The notes under the pieces were generated by a model. The model had not been told where the DNA came from. It saw nothing but the letters and a program-made list of their open reading frames with translations, and ran no database searches. From positions 5,184,001-5,248,000 of the forward strand of contig OY970194.1 in NCBI GenBank assembly GCA_963708075.1: DNA of 64,000 bases, read 5' to 3'. The DNA is from Sedimentisphaerales bacterium. Lineage in GTDB: Bacteria > Planctomycetota > Phycisphaerae > Sedimentisphaerales > Anaerobacaceae. The position numbers and the translations under genes were made by a program. This document shows, one piece after another, positions 53,920 through 64,000 of this stretch; the stretch's first letter is position 1; each line of letters starts with the position of its first letter.

Positions 53920-54236
53920 TGACAATAGCCAAGAAGAGACGGGCCAGGGCCGGGCCGCCGAATGTGATGAAGTATTGCATGCGATTGTTCGTGGCCGGCG
54001 GCGAGCCGAATTCGGCCATCGCCAGGGAGTCGCTGGACAAAATCTGCTCGACCTATCTGAACGGCAATTGCCAGGTCGAGACGATCGACGTGTTGAAGGA
54101 CTTCCGGCCGGCGCTGGAAGAGCGGGTGCTGGTGACGCCGGCCCTGGTGATCCTTGAGCCCGGGCCGCGGACCGTCATCTTTGGAAACCTCACCGACACG
54201 GGGAAGGTGTTGACGGCACTGAAAGTGGTGGTGTAA
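53919..54236 (+). CDS. kaiB: KaiB-family protein
   Basis: RLFVAGGEPNS...IC...IDV...VTPALV...GNLTD; TAATG overlap. Confidence 0.9.
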   Translation: MTIAKKRRARAGPPNVMKYCMRLFVAGGEPNSAIARESLDKICSTYLNGNCQVETIDVLKDFRPALEERVLVTPALVILEPGPRTVIFGNLTDTGKVLTALKVVV

Positions 54237-54238
54237 TC

Positions 54239-56368
54239 ATGGCAGCCGCAGGAAAAATGACCTATGAGGAGCTGGAGGCCAGGCTTCACGAAACCCAGGA
54301 CATTCTGACGGCCCTGCGCAGCCATGAGGTGGACGCCGGCGCCGGCGACACCGACGCGGCGATGGTTCGCCTCAAGGAGGTCGAAGAGGCCCTGCAGGCG
54401 GCCAAGGAGGAGCTGGGGCTGCGCGTGGGCGAGCGCACCGCCGAGCTGGACAGGGTCAACCAGGAGCTGCACGATACGATCGAGGAGCAGGAGCGGATTC
54501 GCCGGCGGCTCGAAGACAGCGAGCGCAAGTATCGTGAGCTGGTGGAGAACCTGAGAGGGAGCGAGAAACGCCTGCTCAAGGCGCAGCAGATCGCACATAT
54601 CGGCACCTGGGAGGTGGACCTGGAAAATCACACCGCCTGGTGGTCCGACGAGACGTACCGCGTGCTGGGCCTTCAGCCCGGGCAGATCGAGCCCGGTTGG
54701 GAGGCGATGATGTCCTCCACGCATCCGGAGGACCGCGATGCAGCCGCCCAACTGCTGAACGACGCCCTGGAGAACAAGCGTCCGTTCAACGTGGATCATC
54801 GCATCGTCCATCCGAGCGGCGAAGTGCGATTCGTGCACAACGAGGCGGAGATCGAGGTCGGCCCCGAGGGCAAGCCCGTCCGGATCATGGGAATCCTCGA
54901 GTGCATCACCGATCGCAAGAGAGCGCAGTTGAAGCTGGAGGAGTACACGTCGCAATTGGAGGATCAGGCGGAGTTGCTGGACCTGGCGTACGACATGATC
55001 TTCGTGCATGATATGCAGGGCAAGATCGTGTTCTGGAACCGCGGCGCCGAGCAGGCCTATGGCTGGACGAGGGAGGAGGCGCACGGGCAACTGAGCCACC
55101 GGCTGCTCCAGACGGAGTACTCCGAGCCGCTGATCCGCATCACCGCGAGGATCATCCGGGAGGGTCGCTGGGAGGGCGAACTGATGCACACGACTCGCGA
55201 CGGGCGCCAGATCACCGTCGCCAGCCGCTGGGCCCTTCGCCGTGGGCCGGACGGGCGGCCCATCGCCATCCTCGAGATCGATAACGATATTACGGACCGT
55301 AAATGCGCCGAGCAGGAGACGACCGACGCAAAGCGGTTCGCCGAGAGTATCATCCACACGATCGACGAATGCCTGGTGGTGCTCGATGCACAGCTCCGGG
55401 TCGTCTCGGCGAACCGCTCGTTCTACGAGACCTTCAAGACAACGGCCGAGCAAGTGGAAGGCCAACCGTTCCATATGTTCAACAAGGGCCGCTGGGACAT
55501 TCCGGAGCTGCGGGACAAGCTCAGGCGGGTCCTGTCCGACAACGCCGGCTTCAAAGGCCATGAGCTGGAGTGTGAAGCCCCCGATGCAGAACACAAGACG
55601 CTGATGCTCAGCGCCCAGCCGATCAGCGGGCCGGCCGACCAGCCCCGCATGGTCCTGGTAGTGCTCCAGGATATCAGCCTGCAGAAGCAGCATGAGAAGG
55701 AGACCCAGGCCGACAAGGAGCAATTGTCGGCCCTGACCGAGGAATTGCTGCTGACCGAGGAGCGTCAGCGCCAGCGCATCGCGGCGGCCCTGCACGATTC
55801 TATCAGCCAGTCGCTGGCCTTCGCCAAGCGCGAGCTCGGCGTCCTGGAGCGGCAGACCCAAGGCGACATGCACAAATCGCTCGAGGAGGTCTGCGAGCAG
55901 ATCAGTCAGGCCATCGACCAGGTGCGCGACCTGACGCTGGAGCTGGCGCCTTCGGCGCTGTATACGCTGGGGCTGGAGGCGGCCATCGAGGACTTGGCCG
56001 ACCAGTTCAGCGACGGCGATGGTTTCCTCTGCGAGGTGCATGGCAGCGAGGAGCCCAAGCCGCTCACCGATGAGGTGAAATCGCTCTTGTATCGATCCGT
56101 TCGCGAGCTGCTGGTCAACGTGAGCAAGCACGCCCGGGCGAAGAACGTCGTCATCGACGTCCAACGAGAGGAATCCACCATTCGGATCACCGTGGATGAC
56201 GACGGCAGAGGGTTCAGCCCGGCGCAGGTCAAAGGCGTTGCGGGCGGGGGATTTGGACTGTTCAGTATTCAGCAAAGACTGACATACGTGGGGGGAAAAC
56301 TCGTGATTGAGTCAGGAGAAGGTAAAGGAACAAGAGTCACGCTGATCGCCCCACTGGATTTAGGGTAG
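54239..56368 (+). CDS. PAS-domain sensor histidine kinase (HisKA_3)
   Basis: Three PAS domains; ERQRIAAALHDSISQ; ELLVNVSKHA, DDGRGF, GFGL. Confidence 0.93.
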   Translation: MAAAGKMTYEELEARLHETQDILTALRSHEVDAGAGDTDAAMVRLKEVEEALQAAKEELGLRVGERTAELDRVNQELHDTIEEQERIRRRLEDSERKYRELVENLRGSEKRLLKAQQIAHIGTWEVDLENHTAWWSDETYRVLGLQPGQIEPGWEAMMSSTHPEDRDAAAQLLNDALENKRPFNVDHRIVHPSGEVRFVHNEAEIEVGPEGKPVRIMGILECITDRKRAQLKLEEYTSQLEDQAELLDLAYDMIFVHDMQGKIVFWNRGAEQAYGWTREEAHGQLSHRLLQTEYSEPLIRITARIIREGRWEGELMHTTRDGRQITVASRWALRRGPDGRPIAILEIDNDITDRKCAEQETTDAKRFAESIIHTIDECLVVLDAQLRVVSANRSFYETFKTTAEQVEGQPFHMFNKGRWDIPELRDKLRRVLSDNAGFKGHELECEAPDAEHKTLMLSAQPISGPADQPRMVLVVLQDISLQKQHEKETQADKEQLSALTEELLLTEERQRQRIAAALHDSISQSLAFAKRELGVLERQTQGDMHKSLEEVCEQISQAIDQVRDLTLELAPSALYTLGLEAAIEDLADQFSDGDGFLCEVHGSEEPKPLTDEVKSLLYRSVRELLVNVSKHARAKNVVIDVQREESTIRITVDDDGRGFSPAQVKGVAGGGFGLFSIQQRLTYVGGKLVIESGEGKGTRVTLIAPLDLG

Positions 56369-56404
56369 GGGCGGGCAAACGCGATGTAGGGAGTTTTCAA
56401 CACC

Positions 56405-56809
56405 ATGAGTATTCGCATCCTATTGGCGGACGACCACACGATTGTTCTTCAGGGGTTGAGCCGATTTCTCCAGACGCAGGAAGGTCTGGAGGTCGTGGGC
56501 CAGGCAAAGGACGGGCAAACGACAGTAGAGCTGGCGCGCGATCTGACTCCTGACGTGGTCGTTATGGATATCAGTATGCCGGGCCTTAACGGCATCGAGG
56601 CCACGCGGCTGATCCATCAGGAGGACCCTAATGTGAAGATCATCGGGCTGTCGATGCATTCTTCGAAGCGATTTGTCAAGGAAATGCGCGAGGTGGGCGC
56701 CAGCGGCTATCTGCTCAAGGACTGCGACTTCGACGAGCTGATCGAAGCCATCCAGACCGTCGCCGGCGGGGGGATGTACTTCGACTCACGCATCGCCGAC
56801 GTCGCCTGA
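56405..56809 (+). CDS. NarL-type receiver-only response regulator
   Basis: LADDH, MDISMP, LSMH, GYLLK; ends without the LuxR HTH. Confidence 0.9.
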   Translation: MSIRILLADDHTIVLQGLSRFLQTQEGLEVVGQAKDGQTTVELARDLTPDVVVMDISMPGLNGIEATRLIHQEDPNVKIIGLSMHSSKRFVKEMREVGASGYLLKDCDFDELIEAIQTVAGGGMYFDSRIADVA

Positions 56810-56882
56810 AACAGCCGGTCGCATATATCGCGATTGACGGTTCCAGCCAGTCCCGCGCATTCTCCGCCCCTTCTCGGTCGTG

Positions 56883-57396
56883 CTACGGCCATTGGCGCAG
56901 GATCGCCTGCTTGGCCTTCCAGTATCGGCCCATGTGACCGCGATTCTCAAAGGAGTCTTTCAGACATTCCGTCCGGTACAGCAGAGGGTCCTGTCCGCTG
57001 ATGCGCTTGAGATCGTCCAAACCCTCGAAGCAATCGAGATAGAGAGGTTCCACCAGATGGTAATAGGGCAGCATCCAGCGCAGCTCCGCATCCAGCCCGT
57101 TCGTTCCGGCCAACTCGTCGGCCACTGCGAGGACCTGGCGAATCGCCTCCTCGTCGAGGTCCTTGACGCCGCTGAGCCGCGAGTCCTGCGAGCGTTGCGT
57201 CCAGCACAGGTAGATCGCGCGCTTGAGAGCCTCCAGATCGTGCTCGGCAAGCCGGACGTACTGTAGGAAGATATCGCGCCAGGCGGCATAGACGCCGGTT
57301 CTCTTCGTACACAACGGCTCTGTCCTTCTTGATACGGTGCTGCTTCCGGAGCCACTGCTGTTCCAGAGCGGTGAGTTGTTCGATACTGCTTGCCAC
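56883..57396 (-). CDS. Hypothetical protein, frameshift near 57320
   Basis: GTG start with RBS; two overlapping ORFs join into a ~170 aa helical protein. Confidence 0.55.
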
Positions 57397-57500
57397 CCTC
57401 AGTCCTCCCAGTTATCTCACCATAGCGAACGTAGGAAATATAGCATCTTTGGGAAAGCCTGGACAATGGGCAAAACCCTTAGGAGGTATAAGGAAGCTGC

Positions 57501-58361
57501 TTAGGGCCGTCCGGCAGGGATTTGGCCTGCGTGTGATGAGCTCTGTGCTGTACGTTTAAGATACTTCTTTTTGTGATAGCGACCTATGCGTTCCAGGAGT
57601 GGCTTGGACAAGCGCTTGGCCCAGGGGAACAGATAGCCCGCGTTGGCCGCCCAGCCGGCATACCAGGGGATCACCCGCTCCCGCTTGCCATCGTGTGCAC
57701 AGGCCAGGATCAGCCCGGCGATCTGGTCGGCGGAGCGCATGGGCGGCAGGAGCATCATGTCGGGAATACCATCAAAGCCACCTGAGAAGAAGTCGGTATC
57801 CACCGGGCCGGGCGAGACTGCCGAAACGGTGATGCCGCTGCCCCCCAGCTCCTCGGCCAGCGAGAAGCTGAACGCTCGCAGGCCGAATTTCGTGGCGGAA
57901 TAAGCCGCGGCGCCGGCCAGGGGAATCCGGCCGGCCAGCGACGACACGTTGATGATTGCCCCGCCACCCGCTTGGCGCAAGTACGGCAGGACCAGCCGGC
58001 ATAGCGCCATCGCAGATCGCAGGTTGATGTCCACCGTCCTGAGCAGATCGTCCATGTCGTTCTCCTCGACCCGCCCCCGTCCATAGTAGCCTGCGTTGTT
58101 CACGAGGATGTCGATCCTGCCGAAGTGCTGCTGCGTCCGTTCCAGCAGAGCCGCCAGCGCGTCGAGGTCCGTAACATCGGTGGGCACGGCCAGCGCTTGG
58201 TCGGAGCCGATAGAATCGGCGATCGCCTCCAATGCGTCAGCGTTGCGTGCCGCGAGCACGACGCGGGCCCCCTCCGCCGCAAAACGCCGTGCCGTCGCTT
58301 CCCCGATACCCGCCGAGGCGCCCGTGATGATCGCCGTTCGATTGACAAATCGTCTTTCCAT
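57501..58361 (-). CDS. SDR family oxidoreductase
   Basis: TGASAGIG, NNAG, YSATK, PG. Confidence 0.95.
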   Translation of the reverse strand: MERRFVNRTAIITGASAGIGEATARRFAAEGARVVLAARNADALEAIADSIGSDQALAVPTDVTDLDALAALLERTQQHFGRIDILVNNAGYYGRGRVEENDMDDLLRTVDINLRSAMALCRLVLPYLRQAGGGAIINVSSLAGRIPLAGAAAYSATKFGLRAFSFSLAEELGGSGITVSAVSPGPVDTDFFSGGFDGIPDMMLLPPMRSADQIAGLILACAHDGKRERVIPWYAGWAANAGYLFPWAKRLSKPLLERIGRYHKKKYLKRTAQSSSHAGQIPAGRP

Positions 58362-58795
58362 GCGAATTCCCCAACTAATAGCACCATCCGTAAGAATCTA
58401 CGTGTGCTCTGCTCCCGGGATGGCGAGGAAAAGGATTCATTTGCCCTACGCCCGCACCGCCTGCACGAACAGGCCGATGCCAACAGCAGATCGTAGAGAC
58501 GCAACATCTTGCGTCTCTACAGGGTCCGGGTCTGATGACTGGCCGGGTGGCATGTCTACGCTTGCGTAGACATGGTTGACTCGATGGACAAGACATGCTT
58601 ACGCGAGCGTAAGCATGGCACCCGGCCGATCGTGAAGGGGCGATTCTCTCAGCGGAGGCATAGGCAAAATGATGATATCTCAACTCCGATTCCTGCTTGC
58701 CCAGACAGGGACCCAGGCTTATGCTGCGGATGATGCGGCCGGATCGGCAGGTGGCTTCCGCCGGGACGGAGCGTTCGACTGGCAAATGGACGATC

Positions 58796-59959
58796 ATGGT
58801 GCGAGCGACAGCAGCGATGCCCGATGGTGAAACGGTGACGGCCGAGAGGACCCGTGGCGAGGCAAAGCAGTACTCCAGGAGAAAGCTGGGTGTCGGGCTC
58901 TTGAAGCTGTTTGTGTCACTGGTGTTTCTCCTGGTCTTTCTGCTGTCGGGGGCGTCCTCACGGCTGCACGGCCTCGTCAGCACTTTAACCGACAACTATT
59001 ATCTGCAATTGAGCGGCTACCTGCTGGCGTTCATGGCAATGTACTGGGCGGTCCTGCTGGGGCTCGATTTCTATTCCGGCGTGGTGCTCGAACACCGCTA
59101 CGGGCTGTCCAACCAGACGACGGTGCGCTGGTTCCTGCGAGACGCGCTGCAGTGGCTGCTTTCGACGCTGATGGCGATCGGGGCCTTCAGCCTTTTGTAT
59201 CGCGCGATGGAGGGGCTGCCGGACCGGTGGTGGCTCGCCGCCGCGGTCGGCTGGTTCATCATGCTCGTCCTCATCGGCAAAATCACGCCGGCGATTGTGG
59301 TCCCGCTCTTCTATAGGCTGGGTCCGCTGACCGACCGCGATCTGTCGGACCGGCTGTTCGCTCTGGCGGCGCGGTGCGGCGTCCCCATCAAACGCGTGCT
59401 CGAAATCCGCCTGAGCAAAGAGACGAAGAAGGCCAACGCCGCCGTCGTCGGCCTCGGCCGTGACCGCAGAATCCTCATCGGCGACACGCTGCTCGACCTG
59501 TGCTCGCACGACGAGATCGAGGCTGTCTTCGCGCACGAGCTGGGCCACGTGGCGCTGCATCACAGTTGGAAGCTGCTCGGAGCGGCCGCGGTTCTCTCCA
59601 CGGCCGGCTTCTACCTTCTCCACCTCGTCCTCGGGCCCAGCGCAACGCACCTGGGCTTTGCCGGCCAGGATGACATCGCCGCCTTTCCGCTGCTGCTGCT
59701 ATGGCTGACGCTCTTCGCCCTGGCCGTCCGCCCGTTGCAGGCCGCTGGCTCGCGAGCCTTCGAAAGACAGGCCGACCTGTTCATCGTCGGCCGCGTCCGC
59801 AACCCCGAGGCCCTGATCTCCGCGCTGGACAAGCTCACCGAGCGCAACCTCGCCGACCCCCAGCCCAGCCGCCTCGTCGAAGTCCTCTTCTACGATCATC
59901 CCCCCATCGCAAAACGGATCGCCTACCTCCGCAAAGCCGCACCCGCGGCACCGCCGTGA
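58796..59959 (+). CDS. M48 (Ste24-like) membrane zinc metallopeptidase
   Basis: TM helices, ANAA, HELGH, ERQAD, HPP; start uncertain. Confidence 0.92.
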   Translation: MVRATAAMPDGETVTAERTRGEAKQYSRRKLGVGLLKLFVSLVFLLVFLLSGASSRLHGLVSTLTDNYYLQLSGYLLAFMAMYWAVLLGLDFYSGVVLEHRYGLSNQTTVRWFLRDALQWLLSTLMAIGAFSLLYRAMEGLPDRWWLAAAVGWFIMLVLIGKITPAIVVPLFYRLGPLTDRDLSDRLFALAARCGVPIKRVLEIRLSKETKKANAAVVGLGRDRRILIGDTLLDLCSHDEIEAVFAHELGHVALHHSWKLLGAAAVLSTAGFYLLHLVLGPSATHLGFAGQDDIAAFPLLLLWLTLFALAVRPLQAAGSRAFERQADLFIVGRVRNPEALISALDKLTERNLADPQPSRLVEVLFYDHPPIAKRIAYLRKAAPAAPP

Positions 59960-60321
59960 TGAACCCCCTGAACGCATGCGTATTCCCCACGGCTGCCCGC
60001 ATGTCATTCCGGCGAAGCCGTTCATGGCCCTTCGGCCCGCTCCGAGAGAATGAGAAATGGCTCAGGGGCCGCTCGTACGGTGGGTCCTTGACCCACGCGG
60101 TTACCCAAGCGAAACGTTCTTGACGCGTGGGTTGAGAACCCACCCTACAGGTTGATACCACGCTTTTCTCTGAGGAAGCGGGAATCCAGCCACGTATTGA
60201 ACGATCCCCCGCCTGCGCGGGGGTGACATGACAAGGGTCAGTCCGATAGAGCTTCCGAGAAGCAAAGGGCATGTCTGGGTGGCAGCGGCAAGCGCAGCTT
60301 GCCAATGGGAATCAGCGGAGG

Positions 60322-61050
60322 CTACACCGGGACACCTGCGACGGACATGTAGACGACGCTTTCGTCCGTGCCGTCCACCTCGAGCAGCTTGTTGACCTCG
60401 TCGTCGAACAGGGCGCCGATCGGGCAGGCGCCCAGGCCCAGGCTCACCGCCGCCAGCGCCAGGTTCTCGGCGATATGGCCCGCGTCGAGGTAGATGTAGC
60501 GGTATGCCCGCTGGGCGTATTTCCACTTGGCGCGCGCGAAGATGGCCGTCCAGACGAACACGGCGGCGGCCTCCGCGCACATCTCCTGACCCAGCGCCGC
60601 CGCCACGATCGGGCGGCGCATGTCCCCGGAGCGGACCCGTTCGAGTTCATGGTTGCGAATCCCGTAGTGGTACGCGCCGGGCTCCAGGTCGCGCACGTGG
60701 TGAGCGATGATGTAGGTCTCGATGGGGTATAATGCCCCCGCGGAGGGTGCGGTGCGGAACTCATAGCCCTGCTCCGTGCGCTGGATGCCCGTGGAGGCCC
60801 AGATCAGGTGGCTCAGTTGCCCCAGGCTGATCAGCTCCGGGCGGAACCGGCGGACGCTCTTTCGCTGGTTGAGCGCCTCATCGAGCGTCATGGAGTTGTC
60901 CGCCTCCAGCGACGGCAGCACCACCTTGGCGCTATCCGGATACGTCTTATACGGCTCCGGCCGGGCCGTCCAGCGTGCCCCGCCGCGTTCCATCTTGTCC
61001 GGCCGGTATTTGGTCTCCTGCTGAAACCGGTCTCCTATCCCTGTCATCAT
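60322..61050 (-). CDS. SagB/ThcOx family dehydrogenase (nitroreductase fold)
   Basis: RKSVR, RTAPSAGALYP, KYAQRAYRY, DAGHIAEN. Confidence 0.92.
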   Translation of the reverse strand: MMTGIGDRFQQETKYRPDKMERGGARWTARPEPYKTYPDSAKVVLPSLEADNSMTLDEALNQRKSVRRFRPELISLGQLSHLIWASTGIQRTEQGYEFRTAPSAGALYPIETYIIAHHVRDLEPGAYHYGIRNHELERVRSGDMRRPIVAAALGQEMCAEAAAVFVWTAIFARAKWKYAQRAYRYIYLDAGHIAENLALAAVSLGLGACPIGALFDDEVNKLLEVDGTDESVVYMSVAGVPV

Positions 61051-61211
61051 ATCCGCCTTTATGAAAAAACCGTCGGCTCAGCATGTCCGACGGTAATGGT
61101 CGTTCATCGTCTACAGTGCTCCACAGGCGTCCATCATCCCACAGATTCGCCCTCGTGCAAGCCCAAACCGGGTAAACGGCGTGCGCTTGCGATTGCCACG
61201 CGGCTCTGCTA

Positions 61212-62357
61212 AGTAGGTAGCCAAAAGTCTTCACACAAAAGCCTTGAGCCAGAAATCCGCCGACAAGACACCGGCTTTGCGGAGGCCCTGGGTCGCAGTT
61301 AGTCCCAAGAGCCACTGTTCCGCGTAGGCCGCCTCATCATCAATCGTTTGGAACTGGCGATTGGCCGCAATCAACCGTTTCAACTCCTTCCAGAGATGAT
61401 CCTGAGAGTTCAGTTCCGGGCACTGCTTCGGCAACCACAAGAGGGTCACCTCCAAGTGGGTGGCCAGTCGTTGGCTTTTGATCGCCTGATGAAAAGAGGC
61501 CTTGTCCAGCAACAGCCAAATCGGGCGTCCGGGATACCGTCGCCGCAACTCCCGCAGGAAGGCTTGAAAGTCCTCTTGCCGCTGGCGGGGCCGACGCAGG
61601 ACCACCCGGTGTCCGGTTCGTGGATTGATCGTGCCGAACAGAACCCGTTTGTCGTTTTGACCCGTGATCTTGACCTGCGCCTGTTCGCCGCGAAACGCCC
61701 ACACATAGCGCAAGGGCGGAAACCAGCGGAGGATGGTCGCATCCGAAAACAACAGCACCGCCAGCGCCGGCATCCGTTTCAGGCGGCGAACCAGGCCCCC
61801 TTTTTCTGGGCTCGGTTCGGGTCCTTGGTCGCATAGACATACCGGGGACGTTTCCACCGCAGATCCAAGTCCCGCATCCGCCGCCGCAGGGTACGAGGCG
61901 AGATTGCACACCCGTACCTTTGCTGGAGGTGATCTGCCAGCAAGGACACCGTCCAACCCGTGGCGCGATAGCCCAAACGCATCGGGTCCCGGCGGAACTC
62001 GCGTACCAGACGGGCGTCCGTGATCGGCGTGGCGACCGGAGGCCGTCCGGAACGCGGTGCGTCCTGCAGGCGGTCTGGACAATGGGTGTGCAGATAGGCC
62101 CGCACCCAGCGATAGACGCTCCACGGCCGGGTCCCGGTGATCTGCGCTGCTTCCGGAACCGTCCGACCCTGGGCCACCAACAGGATCGCTCCGATACGCC
62201 GGTAGGTGCGAATGTCAGCGACCCCCTGTAAGGCCCGCGTAAGACGATGTTTATCATATCGATCGAAACCACGTTCTGAGGCGCTCTTCGTTCTTCGCAT
62301 GTACCCCATCATACACGCGAAGAGAATCGTTCCTGTGAAAACTTTTGGCTACCTACT
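61212..62357 (-). mobile_element. IS630-family insertion sequence
   Basis: TIRs AGTAGGTAGCCAAAAGTCTTCAC / GTGAAAACTTTTGGCTACCTACT; TA duplication in CTAG context. Confidence 0.93.
61231..62312 (-). CDS. IS630 transposase (HTH OrfA + catalytic OrfB, -1 frameshift at A5G5, 61796-61805)
   Basis: DAPRSGRP, WT, LRWKRPR; FSD, LLDKASFH, PELNSQDHLW. Confidence 0.9.
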
Positions 62358-62462
62358 TAGACCAGCGACTTCATGTCATCGGGCAGAGCGTCGCGGATTC
62401 GTTCCACCGATTCCTCGGGCATGACCTGCTTAGTCATTTCATCGTATTGCATAACGTGCCTC

Positions 62463-62915
62463 TCACAATTCCTGGCGCAGGACGGCCTTCTGCTCGGCCC
62501 GCACGCGTTCGCCAAGGTCAGCCGCCTCCTCGTCTGCGGTGAATTCCCGAAGCACCGGCATGATCTCGTGTCGCTCCCAGCTCGTCATCGAATCGATATC
62601 GTCGTACAGGATCTCCGCGGAGTTGTGGAACTCCTCCTTTGCGTCCTTGGGAAGATCCTGAAGCTCCTGGAGCCGGCTGCGCACGGTCTCGACCCTCGCA
62701 TGGTACTGGCCCACGATCTCCTCCCGGTCGGCACTGATGCGGAGAATAGGGAATATGTGGCTTTCCCTGACGGCCTCCTGGGCATCGAGATGGGCGGCGA
62801 TCTCATGGAGCAGGTTCTCGCGGACGTGGGGCTGAGCCGAGATCGAATCGACCAGCTTCCGGGCCGCCCTTTGCAGGCTCTTGTTTTCTGCGGTCATCGC
62901 TTCATAGAGATCCAT
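62463..62915 (-). CDS. Hemerythrin/HHE-like helical protein
   Basis: HLDAQE...IFP, H..VE, E.HEIMP. Confidence 0.6.
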   Translation of the reverse strand: MDLYEAMTAENKSLQRAARKLVDSISAQPHVRENLLHEIAAHLDAQEAVRESHIFPILRISADREEIVGQYHARVETVRSRLQELQDLPKDAKEEFHNSAEILYDDIDSMTSWERHEIMPVLREFTADEEAADLGERVRAEQKAVLRQEL

Positions 62916-63085
62916 AGTACGCGTCCCTGGCCGCTCCTCATTGCCCCGACTGCCGATTCATTGCGTGCAGCCGGTCGCAATCGCTCTGCATATGGTTCAC
63001 CCTGCTCGAATTGCCGCGAGCCGCCAATAGGCTTTTCCCTCTTTGCACCTGAGAGAATCGCACATGCGTCGCAAGAGACGGCTAC

Positions 63086-63249
63086 CTCGAAGTCTGGGCC
63101 AAGAGAATGGAGGACGGCTCGACCGCCCGGGGCTGTTCAACTGCGACGAAGTCGAGAAGACCATCACGGCGAAGTAGTCCGACCTGAACCTCAAGGGCAA
63201 GGTCCGCATCCGCGACCTCTGGCGGCAGAAGGACCTGGGTGCATTCGAG
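63086..63249 (+). pseudogene. Fragment of GH27 alpha-galactosidase C-terminal domain
   Basis: LEVWAKRMEDGSTA/GLFN...TAK*SDLNLKGKVRIRDLWRQKDLG with a frameshift and an in-frame TAG; ends at a REP hairpin. Confidence 0.7.
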
Positions 63250-63311
63250 ACCCCACGGGCAAACGAGTCTGCCCGTGCCACCCGGCGATACGCAGCATAG
63301 AAAGGGAATCC

Positions 63312-64000
63312 TCAGCGGACCATGGGTAGTCGCTGAGTGGTGATTCGATTCCACTGGTCACCCAGGATCGCGAGGTCTTTGACGTCCACGATGGAGTCGT
63401 GATTGAGATCAGCATCCGGGCTGTTTGGATCGGCGCGCGTCAGCCAATTCTCGCACAGGGCGAACAGGTCGCCCGCGTCCACGTCGCCATCGCTGTCTAT
63501 GTCCCCTTCGATGGCGTCGCTGTGCAGGAGGATCATCTCGATGCCCTCGCCGGTCTTCAGGTTCCTGGAGTACTGTCTGTCCACAGAGTTGTTCCAGTGC
63601 TCGTGGACACCCAGGCTCTCGAGGCGGCGCACTTGGCCGGCGTGGTCGGGATCGTAGAACGTGCCGGAGCACGGGTCGTTCGCCAGGGCCGCCTCGTGAA
63701 GGTAGTCTTCCGCCCCACCCTGCAGGTCGTATTTCGGGCTCGGCGCGTGGCCATAGCGGACTACGTCGGGCCACTCGGCATTCACGAGATCGTAGCCCAC
63801 GGAATCGATGGCCACCGGGTCCTGGGAGGCGAGGACACTCGAAGGCCAGTCGCCATTGAACGGCGGCGAATTCCACTTGTACGGATGCGAGTCGGCGTAG
63901 TAGCCGCCGAAGAGTCCGTCGATCAGGTACAGCAGCGTCTTGCCGCCAAGCTCGTGGTGACCCATCAGGTCCACGAGGGCACGGTACTGGGCCGTGCCGG
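63312..64000 (-). CDS. DUF362-like protein with C-terminal dockerin-like repeats (5' end outside the window)
   Basis: SQDPVAIDSV, YLHEAALA, GVHEHWNN; GDIDSDGDVDAGDL, ADLNHDSIVDVKDL. Confidence 0.75.
   Translation of the reverse strand, partial: GTAQYRALVDLMGHHELGGKTLLYLIDGLFGGYYADSHPYKWNSPPFNGDWPSSVLASQDPVAIDSVGYDLVNAEWPDVVRYGHAPSPKYDLQGGAEDYLHEAALANDPCSGTFYDPDHAGQVRRLESLGVHEHWNNSVDRQYSRNLKTGEGIEMILLHSDAIEGDIDSDGDVDAGDLFALCENWLTRADPNSPDADLNHDSIVDVKDLAILGDQWNRITTQRLPMVR

Noticed and set aside
60322..61050. RiPP (azole) biosynthetic cluster suggested by the SagB-like gene
   Set aside because: No YcaO, precursor peptide or transporter nearby; stand-alone members of this family are common.

Overview
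GC-rich bacterial chromosome segment. The gene content (Tat oxidoreductase plus HEAT-repeat pair, secreted beta-helix/PASTA proteins, dockerin-like tail, Re-citrate synthase) suggests an anaerobic planctomycete such as Phycisphaerae; this is an inference. The left ~34 kb is accessory DNA: a type III R-M pair, a PLD-SNF2 helicase with an Eco57I-like methyltransferase, a metallophosphoesterase/papain-like peptidase island, TA and HEPN-MNT genes or remnants, and an HNH-AP2 gene. These are embedded in mosaics of 7-10 nt tandem repeats and REP-like hairpins. The right half holds metabolic, secreted and signalling genes (GH38, GlmU-like, ACP, Re-citrate synthase, galM, kaiC-kaiB-PAS kinase, M48, SagB-like) and an IS630. 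Top candidates for undescribed biology: (1) a 1.94 kb element (24772-26712) encoding a YDK...LRxE/wHTH protein behind a highly structured 370-nt leader, inserted without target duplication into a decamer tandem repeat; (2) a MITE family with exchangeable REP cargo, whose copies hold 1, 2 or 3 units of a 31-nt repeat with 38-39-nt spacers; (3) a shared GACCGGAYA junction bordering three separate defence-like cassettes; (4) a lone phage/eCIS tail-tube homologue carrying a signal peptide. Many 1-nt frameshifts in housekeeping genes suggest long-read errors, so pseudogene calls are uncertain.
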